Source: a virus. From it: 64,000 nt of DNA. The stretch is taken from positions 1-64,000 of the IMG/VR virus record IMGVR_UViG_3300025778_000010. One strand, 5' to 3'. A program made the translations under genes and the position numbers. The first letter of the stretch is position 1; the number at the start of each line of letters is the position of its first letter. The notes beneath the pieces were generated by a model. It searched no databases, was not told the origin of the DNA, and saw only the letters and a program-made list of their open reading frames with translations. Of this stretch, positions 29,913-40,257 are shown piece after piece.

Positions 29913-31448
29913 TTATCCGTTCGTCCAGTGCTCAGGAGAAATTAATCCTGGATAGTTAGTTGATGTATATCTTGTATCAAACATATAAAGTTGAGTTGGA
30001 GGACTTGTAAGTGCCATAGACGCACCATTTGCTATTGTATTTTGTGCCCAGTCCTTACCATTTAAATACCAGCCACCGACATCTTGAATCCAAAATCTTG
30101 AACCAACGTTACCGTCTGAGTTTTGATCTGCAGTATTAAACAAGAACTTATCTTGCTTAAATGGTGCAAGCTGTCCTCCACTACCCGTACCTTGATATTG
30201 TACTGTGTAGTAATATGCTGGGTTTGCAGTATTAGAAATAATACCAATCAAACCGCATCCATAGTAGTAGTATGGTGAATATGCTGCAACCCATTGATTA
30301 TCCCAAGTTTGAACGTGACGTTGGCCATACTGGCTACCTGAGTCAATTCCGTATGAGGTTGTTGTTCCCTGTGCGTTTAATGTTGTCATTGTTCCTGCAG
30401 TTCCTGCAGTTGTTACAACTGGAGCAAAATATCCGTAACGCATCTCGGTTGATGGTGTAAATCTTGACAAACCAACTTGTCCATTATCACAAGGAATAAC
30501 TGTCATGCGATAACGAGATTCTGTATAAGATGTTGAGTTGGTTGTTTGCCATTGAAAATCGTTATATGTGTAATAAACACCAGATGCGGTAGATAAAGGT
30601 GTACCAGCAGCTTTAGCTTCTGCCATAAAGTTATAAAGAACACCAGTAGGCAAGTTTGTGTCATATAAAGATCTGTTAGCATTTGTATTACGCCAAATAT
30701 GCATGCGGTAATTATTGTTATTATCTTTACCTTCAAGCATTACTAATGTGCGGGTTCTATCATTGTATCCAATTGATCCGTATCCATTACCGCCATACCA
30801 GGTGGCAAATAAGGAGTTGTTAATTGAATAGCCTTCATAGCCTGCCATTCCTCCAAATGGAAAAATATAAACGTTAGAATCAGATGTATACAAAGACCAT
30901 TTTTGTCTAATTCCTGATGCACCAATCATAACTCCAAAACGAGCATATGCACTTGCAAGTCCATCTTGTTGTTTTCCATAAGGTGCGTTGTTTCCAGCAT
31001 TAACCATACCTGGAACTGTTACTAACCAGTTTCCTTCTGCTTGATGGAATGGAGTTGCGTTAACCCAATAGTTTGTAACACCACCTGAACCAAAGTTTGA
31101 TGTTGTATAGTTTTGACCAGTGTACGCTTGACCAATTTCTGAGTTAGTTGTTAATGCTCCACCGTCAATAGGTTGCATATCATTGTCATAAATTGTGTAG
31201 CCAGGCGTGTTTTGGTAGTTAGAAAAATTTGCAAATGTTGGTAGTGGTTCTACCTGTGGCAATGACGATACTTGTGCTTGAACAGCTGCAAGGTTTGTAA
31301 TGGATGCACTAATACCTGAAGTTGTTGCAGATGAAGTTAAAATGCTAAGAATATTAGCATTTGTATTTAAAGCTGCAGTCATTTGTAGCTGTTGGTTTGT
31401 ATCTTGACCTGGTAGGTACAAAAATGTTGCACTTGATGAAATTGCCAT
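29913..31448 (-). CDS. aromatic-rich fibre/receptor-binding protein (paralog of 32315..33799)
   Basis: extensive identity with 32315..33799 (IGYN.RT.TLV.LE.KD.NNNYRMHIW; YYDFQWQ; ESRYRM; TTSYGID; YTSTNYP). Confidence 0.6.
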   Translation of the reverse strand: MAISSSATFLYLPGQDTNQQLQMTAALNTNANILSILTSSATTSGISASITNLAAVQAQVSSLPQVEPLPTFANFSNYQNTPGYTIYDNDMQPIDGGALTTNSEIGQAYTGQNYTTSNFGSGGVTNYWVNATPFHQAEGNWLVTVPGMVNAGNNAPYGKQQDGLASAYARFGVMIGASGIRQKWSLYTSDSNVYIFPFGGMAGYEGYSINNSLFATWYGGNGYGSIGYNDRTRTLVMLEGKDNNNNYRMHIWRNTNANRSLYDTNLPTGVLYNFMAEAKAAGTPLSTASGVYYTYNDFQWQTTNSTSYTESRYRMTVIPCDNGQVGLSRFTPSTEMRYGYFAPVVTTAGTAGTMTTLNAQGTTTSYGIDSGSQYGQRHVQTWDNQWVAAYSPYYYYGCGLIGIISNTANPAYYYTVQYQGTGSGGQLAPFKQDKFLFNTADQNSDGNVGSRFWIQDVGGWYLNGKDWAQNTIANGASMALTSPPTQLYMFDTRYTSTNYPGLISPEHWTNG

Positions 31449-31461
31449 TTTATTTAATCTC

Positions 31462-31911
31462 CTAGATTGTTAAATCAGCAAAGGCGTATCCGCCATATAC
31501 TGTTGTTCCACCATTTCTAGTGTAAAAGTTTAATACTGTTGTGTTAAGTGAAAGAACTGGTGCAGTATTTGAAGCTCCGCCACCGTCCCAAATAATTGAA
31601 GCAGGCCACGTGATCGTATATGAACCACCTGACTTAATTTCTACCTGCCAAAACTGACCGTTTGAAATACCGTTGTAAGTTGCTGGTGCAGTGTTTGAAA
31701 AAGCAATTGTAATATTACCTGCTGCAGTTAAAGAAAAAAGATTTGCTGTAGAAAGGTTTAATGTTGCAGTACCTGAAGATACTGTTCCAAGTGCCGTATA
31801 AGCAGATGGAATATTGTAATATCCATTACCCTGCCCATTTAAAGGTGCCTGAATATAAGTTGTTGTCCAAAGAGCTGGAACAATTGCATCAGGCGACATT
31901 GTAACGCCCAT
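31462..31911 (-). CDS. virion fibre adaptor-like protein (paralog of 39856..40257)
   Basis: LGT...LNLS..N.F...GGSYTITWP...P.L...GGTTVYG pattern. Confidence 0.55.
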   Translation of the reverse strand: MGVTMSPDAIVPALWTTTYIQAPLNGQGNGYYNIPSAYTALGTVSSGTATLNLSTANLFSLTAAGNITIAFSNTAPATYNGISNGQFWQVEIKSGGSYTITWPASIIWDGGGASNTAPVLSLNTTVLNFYTRNGGTTVYGGYAFADLTI

Positions 31912-31913
31912 TA

Positions 31914-32318
31914 TTATTTACCTCCTGCTACAGCTGCTGCTGGAGTTGCTGTAAATTCTGGTGTTAAAGTTGCAGCAAACTTATTATGCTCTGGGTCAAG
32001 AGATGGCTCAGCAAGTGTTGCTTCTGGAACTGGGTCTCCTGGTTTATGATCATCTGGTGCAACCCATCCTAGTGGTGGAGGTGGAGTTAATGGTGCTGGG
32101 TTTCCTTCATGATCTGTCCAATTAAGTGCTGTATGAATAGCATTAATGTGATCTTGAACTTGAACCTGCTCATCACTAATTCCGTTGTATTTGTCTACAA
32201 CTTTTCCATCTTTTAATTCAAAGCGATGTGGGAGAGAGGATTCAAAAGGTGCTTCGTACTCTCCCGACTCACTAAAGCTTCCCGCAAAGCCTTCGCCTGC
32301 AAAATGCATTTTTTTCAT
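31914..32318 (-). CDS. hypothetical Pro-rich protein
   Basis: start 32318 (MKKMHFAG), AGGAGA SD, ATGA overlap with the upstream stop. Confidence 0.6.
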   Translation of the reverse strand: MKKMHFAGEGFAGSFSESGEYEAPFESSLPHRFELKDGKVVDKYNGISDEQVQVQDHINAIHTALNWTDHEGNPAPLTPPPPLGWVAPDDHKPGDPVPEATLAEPSLDPEHNKFAATLTPEFTATPAAAVAGGK

Positions 32319-33799
32319 CGTATTTCTCCTCTTCTCCAGTGTGCTACTGGTACTAAGTGTGGATAGTTTGTGCTTGTATACCAAGTATCAAATAATCCGT
32401 ATTGTTGATTTGCTGTTAAGTTAATTGTTCCTCCATTGGTAATTGTACCACTTGTAACACGTCCGTAGGTTTTTGCACCTTCTGGATCAATTACATAAAG
32501 TCTCATACCAATGTTACCGTCTGAGTTTTCAATAGAACGGTTAAACATAAATTTGTTTGATTTAAATGGAACTAACTGCTGGCCATTACCAGTGTCGCCA
32601 TTTTGTCCAATAAAGTAATTACGTGGGTCACGGGAATCAATAAAATAAACATTCATTCCAGAACCGTAGTAGTAATATGCATTGTATGCTGCTACCCAGT
32701 TATTATCCCAAGTAATTTGATGACGCATACCGTATTTGTTTCCATTATCAATTCCATACGATGTTGTTAAAGAAATTGTGTTTAGCTGGGTTAAAGTTGA
32801 TGATGATGGTGTGTAGTAAGCATAAGCTGATACGTTTGAAGGCACCATTCTTGCAAGACCAACAATGTTGTTATCACCAGGAATAACACGCATACGATAA
32901 CGAGATTCGTTATAGTTTTGAGATGAGTTTGCTTGCCATTGGAAATCATAATAGTTGTAAGATCTTCCAGAACCACCAAGCTTTGCTTGTGAAAGGAAAA
33001 GATTTAAAGTTCCAACGTGATAATTTGCATCATTTAATGAAATAGAAGTGTTTACCCAAATGTGCATACGATAGTTATTGTTACCATCTTTTGCTTCAAG
33101 AGCAACAAGGGTAGAGGTTCTTTCATTATAACCAATCATTCCATAGGTTGTTCCGCCATACCAAGTAGAATAAGAACCGCTGTTAATACCAACTTGTTCC
33201 ATAAATCCAAAAGCACCTCTTGTAGCAACAGCTAAAGTAGTACCATTTAGGTAAAGAGAAATTTTTTGTCTTTTACCTGATGTTCCAACTACAACACCAT
33301 AGAAAGGCATATAAGATTCTTGAGCATCTGGGTTTTTATGATAATAGCCATAGTTAGCGTTTGAAATATTAAACATCCAATGGCCGTCTGCTTGGTTAAA
33401 TGGTGTTGCACCTGCCCAATAGCTTGTCCAGCCATTTGAACCAATATTACCATTTGTATAGTTGTTACCTGTCCAAGTTGAATGCATTTCTGCGTTTGTA
33501 TCATATTCTGCAGAACCAGAATATCTCATATTTGAATCCCAAATAGAAGCATATGGTTGGTTGTTAAAGTTTGAATATGTTCCAAAATATGGATAAGGTT
33601 CTGATGAAGGTAATGCTGAAAGGCTTGCACCAAGTGCAGCAATATTTGTATTTAATGTGGCAGGAGAACCAGCTAAAGCAAAGTTTGAGATAATCTGAGC
33701 AATTGTAGCATTGCTATTAATTGCAGCATTTAAATTTGCTTGTGCGTTGGCATCAATACCTGGTAATACGATTTGAAATGTACTATTAACTACAGCCAT
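32315..33799 (-). CDS. aromatic-rich fibre/receptor-binding protein (paralog of 29913..31448)
   Basis: 494 aa, Tyr/Asn/Gly-rich; see paralog. Confidence 0.6.
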   Translation of the reverse strand: MAVVNSTFQIVLPGIDANAQANLNAAINSNATIAQIISNFALAGSPATLNTNIAALGASLSALPSSEPYPYFGTYSNFNNQPYASIWDSNMRYSGSAEYDTNAEMHSTWTGNNYTNGNIGSNGWTSYWAGATPFNQADGHWMFNISNANYGYYHKNPDAQESYMPFYGVVVGTSGKRQKISLYLNGTTLAVATRGAFGFMEQVGINSGSYSTWYGGTTYGMIGYNERTSTLVALEAKDGNNNYRMHIWVNTSISLNDANYHVGTLNLFLSQAKLGGSGRSYNYYDFQWQANSSQNYNESRYRMRVIPGDNNIVGLARMVPSNVSAYAYYTPSSSTLTQLNTISLTTSYGIDNGNKYGMRHQITWDNNWVAAYNAYYYYGSGMNVYFIDSRDPRNYFIGQNGDTGNGQQLVPFKSNKFMFNRSIENSDGNIGMRLYVIDPEGAKTYGRVTSGTITNGGTINLTANQQYGLFDTWYTSTNYPHLVPVAHWRRGEIR

Positions 33800-33824
33800 T
33801 TATTTGTTCCCCTTTAAATTAAAA

Positions 33825-34142
33825 TCAAGATGATGTTACTTTTACACCAGAAACAAACACTGTTACTGATGAAGCTGCGGTAGCTGAAAGCTGAATTGAA
33901 TCTCCTGCATTCATTACCTGCTTAAAATCAAGGACCATAATCTGGCGAGGTGCTAGATCAAGATTCTGATAAAAACCAACGCCAGCAATAGACATTGTTG
34001 TCTGAAGTGCTCCGTTAGTTGAATTATTAATTGTTACAGATGTAATAACATCTGTTTCACCTGCTGGTACAGTATAAACTGTTCCGAGTGAAGTTCCGAG
34101 TGTTCCAGCATAAAATCTAGCTGGTAAGCTTACGACTGCCAT
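33825..34142 (-). CDS. small virion structural protein
   Basis: TVYTVPAG..DVITSVTINN...MNAGDSI...VFVSGV pattern. Confidence 0.6.
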   Translation of the reverse strand: MAVVSLPARFYAGTLGTSLGTVYTVPAGETDVITSVTINNSTNGALQTTMSIAGVGFYQNLDLAPRQIMVLDFKQVMNAGDSIQLSATAASSVTVFVSGVKVTSS

Positions 34143-34145
34143 TTT

Positions 34146-34478
34146 TTAAAATACCCCCATGTTTGCGTATAGTGTGTAATTTGAAACTGCGGTATTTACA
34201 TTTGAAATAGCTGCAGTACCTGCTGTATTAACAGCAGAAATTTGTGTTGCTCCCGCAGAGGTAACTGCGGTAATTTGACCAGTTCCCGCATTTTGTACAT
34301 TCAGGATTGATGTATTGGTAGCACCAAGTACATCATTAACGCCTAAAAGATTTCCTAATGATTCTAAAGATTTTGCAAGAAACACAATGTCTTGTGCTAC
34401 AAGCGTTGTACTTTGAAGAGCATCAATTTTTGATTTTACAATAGCTACTTCTGAGCCAAGTGTTGAATAGTCTGTCAT
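34146..34478 (-). CDS. coiled-coil fibre anchor protein (paralog of the N-terminus of 40257..40928)
   Basis: MTDYSTLGSE..KSKIDALQ..DIVFLAKSL..LGVNDVLGATN vs MTDYTSLGSE..QNRIDALQ..DILYLSEAL..LGVNDVVGATN. Confidence 0.6.
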   Translation of the reverse strand: MTDYSTLGSEVAIVKSKIDALQSTTLVAQDIVFLAKSLESLGNLLGVNDVLGATNTSILNVQNAGTGQITAVTSAGATQISAVNTAGTAAISNVNTAVSNYTLYANMGVF

Positions 34479-34568
34479 GTTTGGTCCACCTCTTTGATTA
34501 TTGTATCAGCAAATCTTAAAAAGTAATAATATATAGACCGCTAACTTCATTAATTATAGCATTAAATT

Positions 34569-35480
34569 CTATAAACCAGTAGTTAGGGTGTGGATAAAAC
34601 CAACCATTACTACTACTCCACAAATTGCAGCCAATGTCCTATAATAGTCTTTCCAAACCGCCCCAAAATACCTTTGCCCTAAAAGCATGCATTTATGGAG
34701 TGGTGACAACATATAGCCAGACCAGCCAATTGCAAACAAGACTGGCAAATAGGTGATGCCAAAAATTGATGCTGTAAGAGCCACAACTCCAGTAAATTTT
34801 TCGCTGCTTCCAAAGGCCCAGCTCATAAAAAATACTAAAAGAAGTATTGGGAACAACAGAACGTGCTTATCTGTATTAGCTAACAAATGATCAAAAAACC
34901 CTGAGTTATAATAAATTATATTGCCAATAATATCCAGAGCTAGTACAAAAAGTACTGTAAAAATTCCTTCTTTAAGATATTTGATTCCATCTAAATTTTG
35001 ACGTTCTCTATGGCCTCGAACAACAATATCTACATCTTCTTCTTTAACTACCCAAAAATCATAAACTAAACTACAAATAATTGCTGCTGTAAGAATTGGC
35101 CAAATACGTCCAAAAAAACTCCAATACCCAATATGTAATGCAGCCATAGGTAATATAACTGATGCTTCTAATGGGGACCAAAAATAAAAATGATGTGCAT
35201 TTAGATAATCAACAATAGCAAATTTTTTACGTTTATTTGGATCTTCTGGTGCAATAGTTCTTAGTACCCCGCCAGAAATAACTGTCCTACCGTTAATTGG
35301 CATTACAGCGGTAGTTGCAGAAGTTAATACCATGACCGCTCTTTTTGATTTAATTCTATTTGCTAACCAACCAAAAACTGGTTGAAAGACATCATATTTT
35401 GTAGCATAATATGAAAGTACAAGAACAAACGCTAATGCTGCAACATATTGCCAATCTGTTAATAAATAACTAAGTGTCAT
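34569..35480 (-). CDS. polytopic membrane protein, DUF401/ion-transporter superfamily-like
   Basis: about 9 hydrophobic segments; MPINGRT.IS, HHFYFWSPLE, GYMLSPLHKC motifs. Confidence 0.65.
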   Translation of the reverse strand: MTLSYLLTDWQYVAALAFVLVLSYYATKYDVFQPVFGWLANRIKSKRAVMVLTSATTAVMPINGRTVISGGVLRTIAPEDPNKRKKFAIVDYLNAHHFYFWSPLEASVILPMAALHIGYWSFFGRIWPILTAAIICSLVYDFWVVKEEDVDIVVRGHRERQNLDGIKYLKEGIFTVLFVLALDIIGNIIYYNSGFFDHLLANTDKHVLLFPILLLVFFMSWAFGSSEKFTGVVALTASIFGITYLPVLFAIGWSGYMLSPLHKCMLLGQRYFGAVWKDYYRTLAAICGVVVMVGFIHTLTTGL

Positions 35481-37120
35481 TTTTCAACTACCAATACATA
35501 TATGCCATTCCACCAATCTTTTTCAGATTCAGTAGAATTTAGGACTTTCTTTGAATATAAAACCTTAAGGTTAGATTTTACTATTCCTTCATTTGCTCCC
35601 GCCACAACATTAGTTCCGTTAGCATCATCAAATATCATTATAGCGTTTTTAGCAAAAGATTGTGAATAATATAAGACAGCTTTTGCTGTAGTTTCTTGAT
35701 CATGTGGTCCGTCATAAAAAAACAAATCAATATTTTTAATTAAAGATAAATTTACATCAAACAAATCTGTATTACATACAAAAATTTTGTTTTCTCCAGC
35801 ATATGGCTTGATGTTTTTTTTAAATTCTTCTAAACTATTAATATTTGGAGTTAATATATCTAATCTTTCAGGTTGTGGTGCAATTTCCCATTTATCAACA
35901 AAATAAGCATTTAATTTATTATCTTTAAGGGCTGAAGCTGCGGTAGCACCTAAATATGATCCTACCTCTAAATAATTACTTGATTCTTTTGCTAAAGAGT
36001 TAATTAAAGATTGCACTCTTGAACTTGTTAACCCTGGAACATCAATATCAAGGTCCACATTTACAGAATCAACTAATTGATTAATTACAAGAGTAACTTT
36101 ATCATTTTGTTTTTCTGGATATTTAGCTTTAATAATTTTGTCACAAAATCCACAATCCCAGCAATCAAACTTGCAGTTTTTAATTTTATTACGCCATACA
36201 TTAATGGGTTTATCAACAAGATTTGTCTCTTCAATAAAATCGTTAAAGCCATCAAAAAGTATTGGTTCGTTTGCCACATACTTTTTAATAATATCCATAG
36301 TCTCACGAAGCCTTACATGAGACTCTCGCCCATGCATCTTAATTACATCAATTCCTAAATTATCCAAAAATTCCTGCCAATCTTCACGCCATGGTGGAAA
36401 ATTAGCTACCTTAAGGGATGTAGCAGCATCTTCTTTTTGCCATTTAGGGCATGATACACGACTTATTGGATCATTAAAATATTGTGGTCCTTCTGAACGG
36501 GTATTATTAAATTGATAATGCTCATCCATCATAATACAACCGCCATAGCAGCCTTCATTTGCAAGTAAAGATAGTTTAACGCCATATTTTTCTTTAGCTT
36601 TTTTAAATCTTAAAAGCTTTTCATGATCTCTCATAAGATCTCTGTCAAGATTAATATAATCAAATCCTGCTTTAGATAACTTTTCAATATCTCTAGGTTC
36701 TGATACATTTCTAAGAATTGTATTTTTTACAAACAACTTTGGGAATTTAGATTTAATTTGTCCCGTTGACATCCAGTGGGTGTGAGGAATTGTAGCTGAT
36801 CTAATACCTGCATCATATAAAGGCTTAAAGTTTTTAATCCATAGGTCTAAGTTATCTTGTGAGGGCCTTACCTCTATATTGTTAAAAACTGCTGATGCGG
36901 TTACACCAGTAAATTCTTGAATATTTAAAGCTAGATCAATTAAATATTTATGATCTTCTTCTCCACCAATAAAATTATCCCCCATAGCATCTTGTGTAAA
37001 TGGGGGTATTCGGCAGGTAAAATAAAAATCATAGATAACATGATTGTACTCTTTAAGGAATAAGATAAATTCCTCAAGCTTATCTGGAGCAAGCTTGGGG
37101 TTTAAAGGAACACTAAACAT
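35477..37120 (-). CDS. peptidase U32-family (Fe-S) domain fused to a class I SAM methyltransferase
   Basis: INLDRDL, LLANEGCYGGC, RVSC, IKMHGRE and CKFDCWDCGFC Cys cluster; C-terminal YLEVGSYLG...FFYDGPHD...IFDD (Methyltransf_24-like). Confidence 0.75.
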   Translation of the reverse strand: MFSVPLNPKLAPDKLEEFILFLKEYNHVIYDFYFTCRIPPFTQDAMGDNFIGGEEDHKYLIDLALNIQEFTGVTASAVFNNIEVRPSQDNLDLWIKNFKPLYDAGIRSATIPHTHWMSTGQIKSKFPKLFVKNTILRNVSEPRDIEKLSKAGFDYINLDRDLMRDHEKLLRFKKAKEKYGVKLSLLANEGCYGGCIMMDEHYQFNNTRSEGPQYFNDPISRVSCPKWQKEDAATSLKVANFPPWREDWQEFLDNLGIDVIKMHGRESHVRLRETMDIIKKYVANEPILFDGFNDFIEETNLVDKPINVWRNKIKNCKFDCWDCGFCDKIIKAKYPEKQNDKVTLVINQLVDSVNVDLDIDVPGLTSSRVQSLINSLAKESSNYLEVGSYLGATAASALKDNKLNAYFVDKWEIAPQPERLDILTPNINSLEEFKKNIKPYAGENKIFVCNTDLFDVNLSLIKNIDLFFYDGPHDQETTAKAVLYYSQSFAKNAIMIFDDANGTNVVAGANEGIVKSNLKVLYSKKVLNSTESEKDWWNGIYVLVVEK

Positions 37121-37681
37121 TTATAAATCTATCTTTGCTTCTTTTTCAGGGTACTTTTGAATACCAAAATTATAATGCATTAAATCAGATGTCTCTTCCA
37201 TATCTTTGCACTCGTCAATTCTTTCTTGCATACCTTTTTTTCTTGCATAAAGATCTTCTAAGGAAAGGTATCCCATTTCTGCTTTAAAAATATCTGGAGT
37301 ACCTAAAAACATGTAAAGTTTGTTATTATAATATTTATTTAACATACAATGCATGATAGCTTTTTCAAATAAATGAGCATTATATTTATCTTCTTCTGTA
37401 AGCGTATATCTTAATTTTTCGCCAACTTGCTCTAATTTATCTTTATCTGTTTGATCATATTGATTGGTGTCTGGCCTTACATTAAAATAACCTTTTCTAC
37501 GTCCAGCAAACTTATAAGCTAAAGCTACTTTTTCTGGAATCACCATGCACTCTGGCAGAGTATCTCTGTAAACAATAAATTCTTCTGTTCTTCCAATAAG
37601 AAAACCTGCATATTGACCAATTTCTTCAATAAAACCTTTTCTTTCATTTACTAAAGAATGCTCATAAATAAAATAAATCAT
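37121..37681 (-). CDS. hypothetical protein
   Basis: probable start 37681 (MIYFIYEH); tightly coupled between the coiled-coil and U32 genes. Confidence 0.65.
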   Translation of the reverse strand: MIYFIYEHSLVNERKGFIEEIGQYAGFLIGRTEEFIVYRDTLPECMVIPEKVALAYKFAGRRKGYFNVRPDTNQYDQTDKDKLEQVGEKLRYTLTEEDKYNAHLFEKAIMHCMLNKYYNNKLYMFLGTPDIFKAEMGYLSLEDLYARKKGMQERIDECKDMEETSDLMHYNFGIQKYPEKEAKIDL

Positions 37682-37682
37682 T

Positions 37683-38417
37683 TTATAAATCCAATTCTGC
37701 CCAACCAGCTTTATCTGAACTTTCAAGTTCTAACTTATTCATAACATCTTTTTGTACTAATTCAAGTGTTTTTTGAGTAATAATTGTTTTTTCAACAGCA
37801 TTTTCTAATGCTTTCATTCTTACTTCTTCTGGAAGTTGATAGATAGCTTCAAGATTACCACCATTAATTCTTCCATAGAACATTAAATCATAAGCAGCTT
37901 GACCGCCAAGGCGGGTTGCCCAAAGTTCTGCCTCTAAACGCTCTTCTTCATCATAATCACCAATAATGTCTATATAACGTCTGCCATCTGGCATTTTGCC
38001 TTCTTCAGATTCATTAAACTTAGTAATTAAAGCCATATATTTATCACGTTCTTCGTAAACCATTGTAACTAAATTTTTTGTATTGTAAATAGATCTTTCT
38101 TTTTCACGAATTGTAATATTATGAATTTTCTTTTGAGCAGGAGAATCTGTTTTTTCTAATAATTCTTTTTCTAATTCTACTTCTGCTTGCAATTTTTCAA
38201 TTTTAAATTCATATTCAACAATATTATCTTCTCTTGATTTTAATTCAAGAAGAAATTGTCTTAGCTTTCCAAAATTGCTATATTGTGCTCCTCCAACAAA
38301 GTTATCAATCTTAAATGTTGGAACGCCCCAATTTCTATTTACTGCATATAAAAGCATATCTCTTTGTTCTTTTGAATAGCCGTCAACACGACTTGTAATA
38401 TCGTTAATATATCTCAT
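37683..38417 (-). CDS. coiled-coil hypothetical protein
   Basis: heptad-rich centre; W..RLG.QAA.D...GRI.GGNL.AI motif. Confidence 0.65.
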   Translation of the reverse strand: MRYINDITSRVDGYSKEQRDMLLYAVNRNWGVPTFKIDNFVGGAQYSNFGKLRQFLLELKSREDNIVEYEFKIEKLQAEVELEKELLEKTDSPAQKKIHNITIREKERSIYNTKNLVTMVYEERDKYMALITKFNESEEGKMPDGRRYIDIIGDYDEEERLEAELWATRLGGQAAYDLMFYGRINGGNLEAIYQLPEEVRMKALENAVEKTIITQKTLELVQKDVMNKLELESSDKAGWAELDL

Positions 38418-38432
38418 TAATTTATCTTTCTT

Positions 38433-39350
38433 TTATGATCGTTGTGAGTTGTATGCAGAACTTCTGCCTGCGGGTCCTTGAGGTTGCATTGAAGATCCGC
38501 CCTCGTACCCTGAATCTGTTATATAGCTATAACGCCAAGCTCTTCTGTTTTGTGATCCATCGTAATTACCCATGCAGTATTGATGGTCTTGACCCATATC
38601 AAAGTTTTCTTCTCCGCAGTTACCAATTGGTTTTGAAACGTTACCTACGTTTGTTTCTGTTGCAACTGACCAACGACGTAAATAATAGCCTCCATTATAA
38701 CCTCCTTCATTACCTGCATAAAGGTAATTTAATTTAGAGGAAATACCTTTTTGTTGACCCCAATATCCACAAACGCTTGATTGTGATTGTGTTTCTGTTG
38801 CAAAAACAAATTTCATACCAATATTATTGTCTGCCCATGTATAACCAACATATTCATGATAAAAAGATGAACCACCCGAACCACCAGTAGTGTTTGAATA
38901 AGCATTTGACAAAGATGTTTGCCAAGTTGCATTTATCATATTAAATTTTACGATAGTTGTTGAAACATTTGCATTACCGTAAGCAAATTGTTGTTCTTTT
39001 TGCATAAATACACCTGAATTACCCAGTGAAACTGGAGCTGAAGCAGCAGTTGAGCCAACTTCTGTTCTCATATTAAACTGCATTACTGCTGGATCTGAAC
39101 CACCTACACCATTATTAGCTTTTGTAATCCAAGCTACGTTGTCATTGGCAAATCCTCCTGGATAACCCGTAGCTGCTGTAAGCACATCTCCTAAAGAAAC
39201 TGGAGTATCATTTGAGTGTAAATATCTATTTACATTTTTCCAAGGTGAGCTATTTTGGTATCCAGAGTGAACATACCCTGTTGTGATAACAGTTCTTAAT
39301 AAAAAACTTACTCTTGGATTATTGTGAATAGTACTTTGTGGAAATGGCAT
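38433..39350 (-). CDS. kelch-like/beta-propeller repeat virion protein
   Basis: repeated ..F..ATE.. / GY..GG blades (KFVFATET, RWSVATET, YSYITDS). Confidence 0.55.
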   Translation of the reverse strand: MPFPQSTIHNNPRVSFLLRTVITTGYVHSGYQNSSPWKNVNRYLHSNDTPVSLGDVLTAATGYPGGFANDNVAWITKANNGVGGSDPAVMQFNMRTEVGSTAASAPVSLGNSGVFMQKEQQFAYGNANVSTTIVKFNMINATWQTSLSNAYSNTTGGSGGSSFYHEYVGYTWADNNIGMKFVFATETQSQSSVCGYWGQQKGISSKLNYLYAGNEGGYNGGYYLRRWSVATETNVGNVSKPIGNCGEENFDMGQDHQYCMGNYDGSQNRRAWRYSYITDSGYEGGSSMQPQGPAGRSSAYNSQRS

Positions 39351-39859
39351 TATGAACTCACAATGTAGCTTAATTTAACCCCTTGAACGTTAAGAGAAGG
39401 ATATTTTACGTCAAATGGATCAGCAATATTATCTGGCAAATCTCTTAAAGCTTGGCGATATTCAATAATTTTTTGTTGATCTTCTGCAGAAAATTTAGAA
39501 AAATAATCTGAAAGTACAAGATAGTCTGTTTCCTTAATCATATTATTTCTATTATATCTAATAGCATTAATTTGAGTATTAACTGATTCTAATTTTTCAT
39601 CATCAGTCATGTCAACTGCAACAACATGTGATGTTGGAACATTATTTTCAACAACTGTTACATACTCTAATTTTTGATTTTTTGGATCATATCCAGGTAA
39701 TGTTGGGTTAGATACAACTGGTTTCCAATCATCAAAACCAATTACATGTTCTTCATTAATATCTGCTGGAAATAGCGTTGATGGATAAAGAGATCTGAAT
39801 TCATATTCAGAAATAACTTGACCCAAAGAACCATCTGAGTTAATTTTTGCAAAGTTCAT
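39350..39859 (-). CDS. tail fibre assembly chaperone (Tfa/gp38-like)
   Basis: IRYNRNNMIKETDY...EYRQALRDLP motif; start 39859 by ATGA overlap. Confidence 0.8.
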   Translation of the reverse strand: MNFAKINSDGSLGQVISEYEFRSLYPSTLFPADINEEHVIGFDDWKPVVSNPTLPGYDPKNQKLEYVTVVENNVPTSHVVAVDMTDDEKLESVNTQINAIRYNRNNMIKETDYLVLSDYFSKFSAEDQQKIIEYRQALRDLPDNIADPFDVKYPSLNVQGVKLSYIVSS

Positions 39860-40257
39860 CGTGTATCCTTCATTACTATATTGCCTCTCCAAGTTGTACC
39901 ATTATCATAACTTACAAATGTTAATGTGTCAACTCCTGTGCTTGTTAGTGTTGGTGGGGTTGCTGATGGATATTTTGAACCCGCAAATGTTAATGTATAC
40001 TGTCCTCCATTTGTAATGGATATTGAAAATGATACTGTACCTGAAGATGGAACGTTAATTGGGGTTAATGTAATTGAAGCTCCTGCTGTAAAAGTAAAAT
40101 CATTATATTGAGAAAGATCTAGGTTTGTATTAGTTGTTAAAGTTCCAAGATCTTGTCTCTTTGTATTATAACCAGCAAGTGTAAATGTGTTTGCTGTTAA
40201 ACCTGTAACAGTTGCACCTGTAAAACTGGCATTAATTACATCTGATAAATTTGTCAT
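39856..40257 (-). CDS. virion fibre adaptor-like protein
   Basis: start 40257 (MTNLSD); paralog of 31462..31911. Confidence 0.55.
   Translation of the reverse strand: MTNLSDVINASFTGATVTGLTANTFTLAGYNTKRQDLGTLTTNTNLDLSQYNDFTFTAGASITLTPINVPSSGTVSFSISITNGGQYTLTFAGSKYPSATPPTLTSTGVDTLTFVSYDNGTTWRGNIVMKDTR

Noticed and set aside
29913-33799. Diversity-generating retroelement TR/VR pair
   Set aside because: Paralogy spans whole genes with general divergence, not adenine-specific changes, and no reverse transcriptase is present in the window
35477-37120. Collagenase/protease annotation for the U32 domain
   Set aside because: The conserved Cys pattern fits the Fe-S U32 enzymes and the fusion to a methyltransferase argues for modification chemistry; proteolysis is not supported by the sequence
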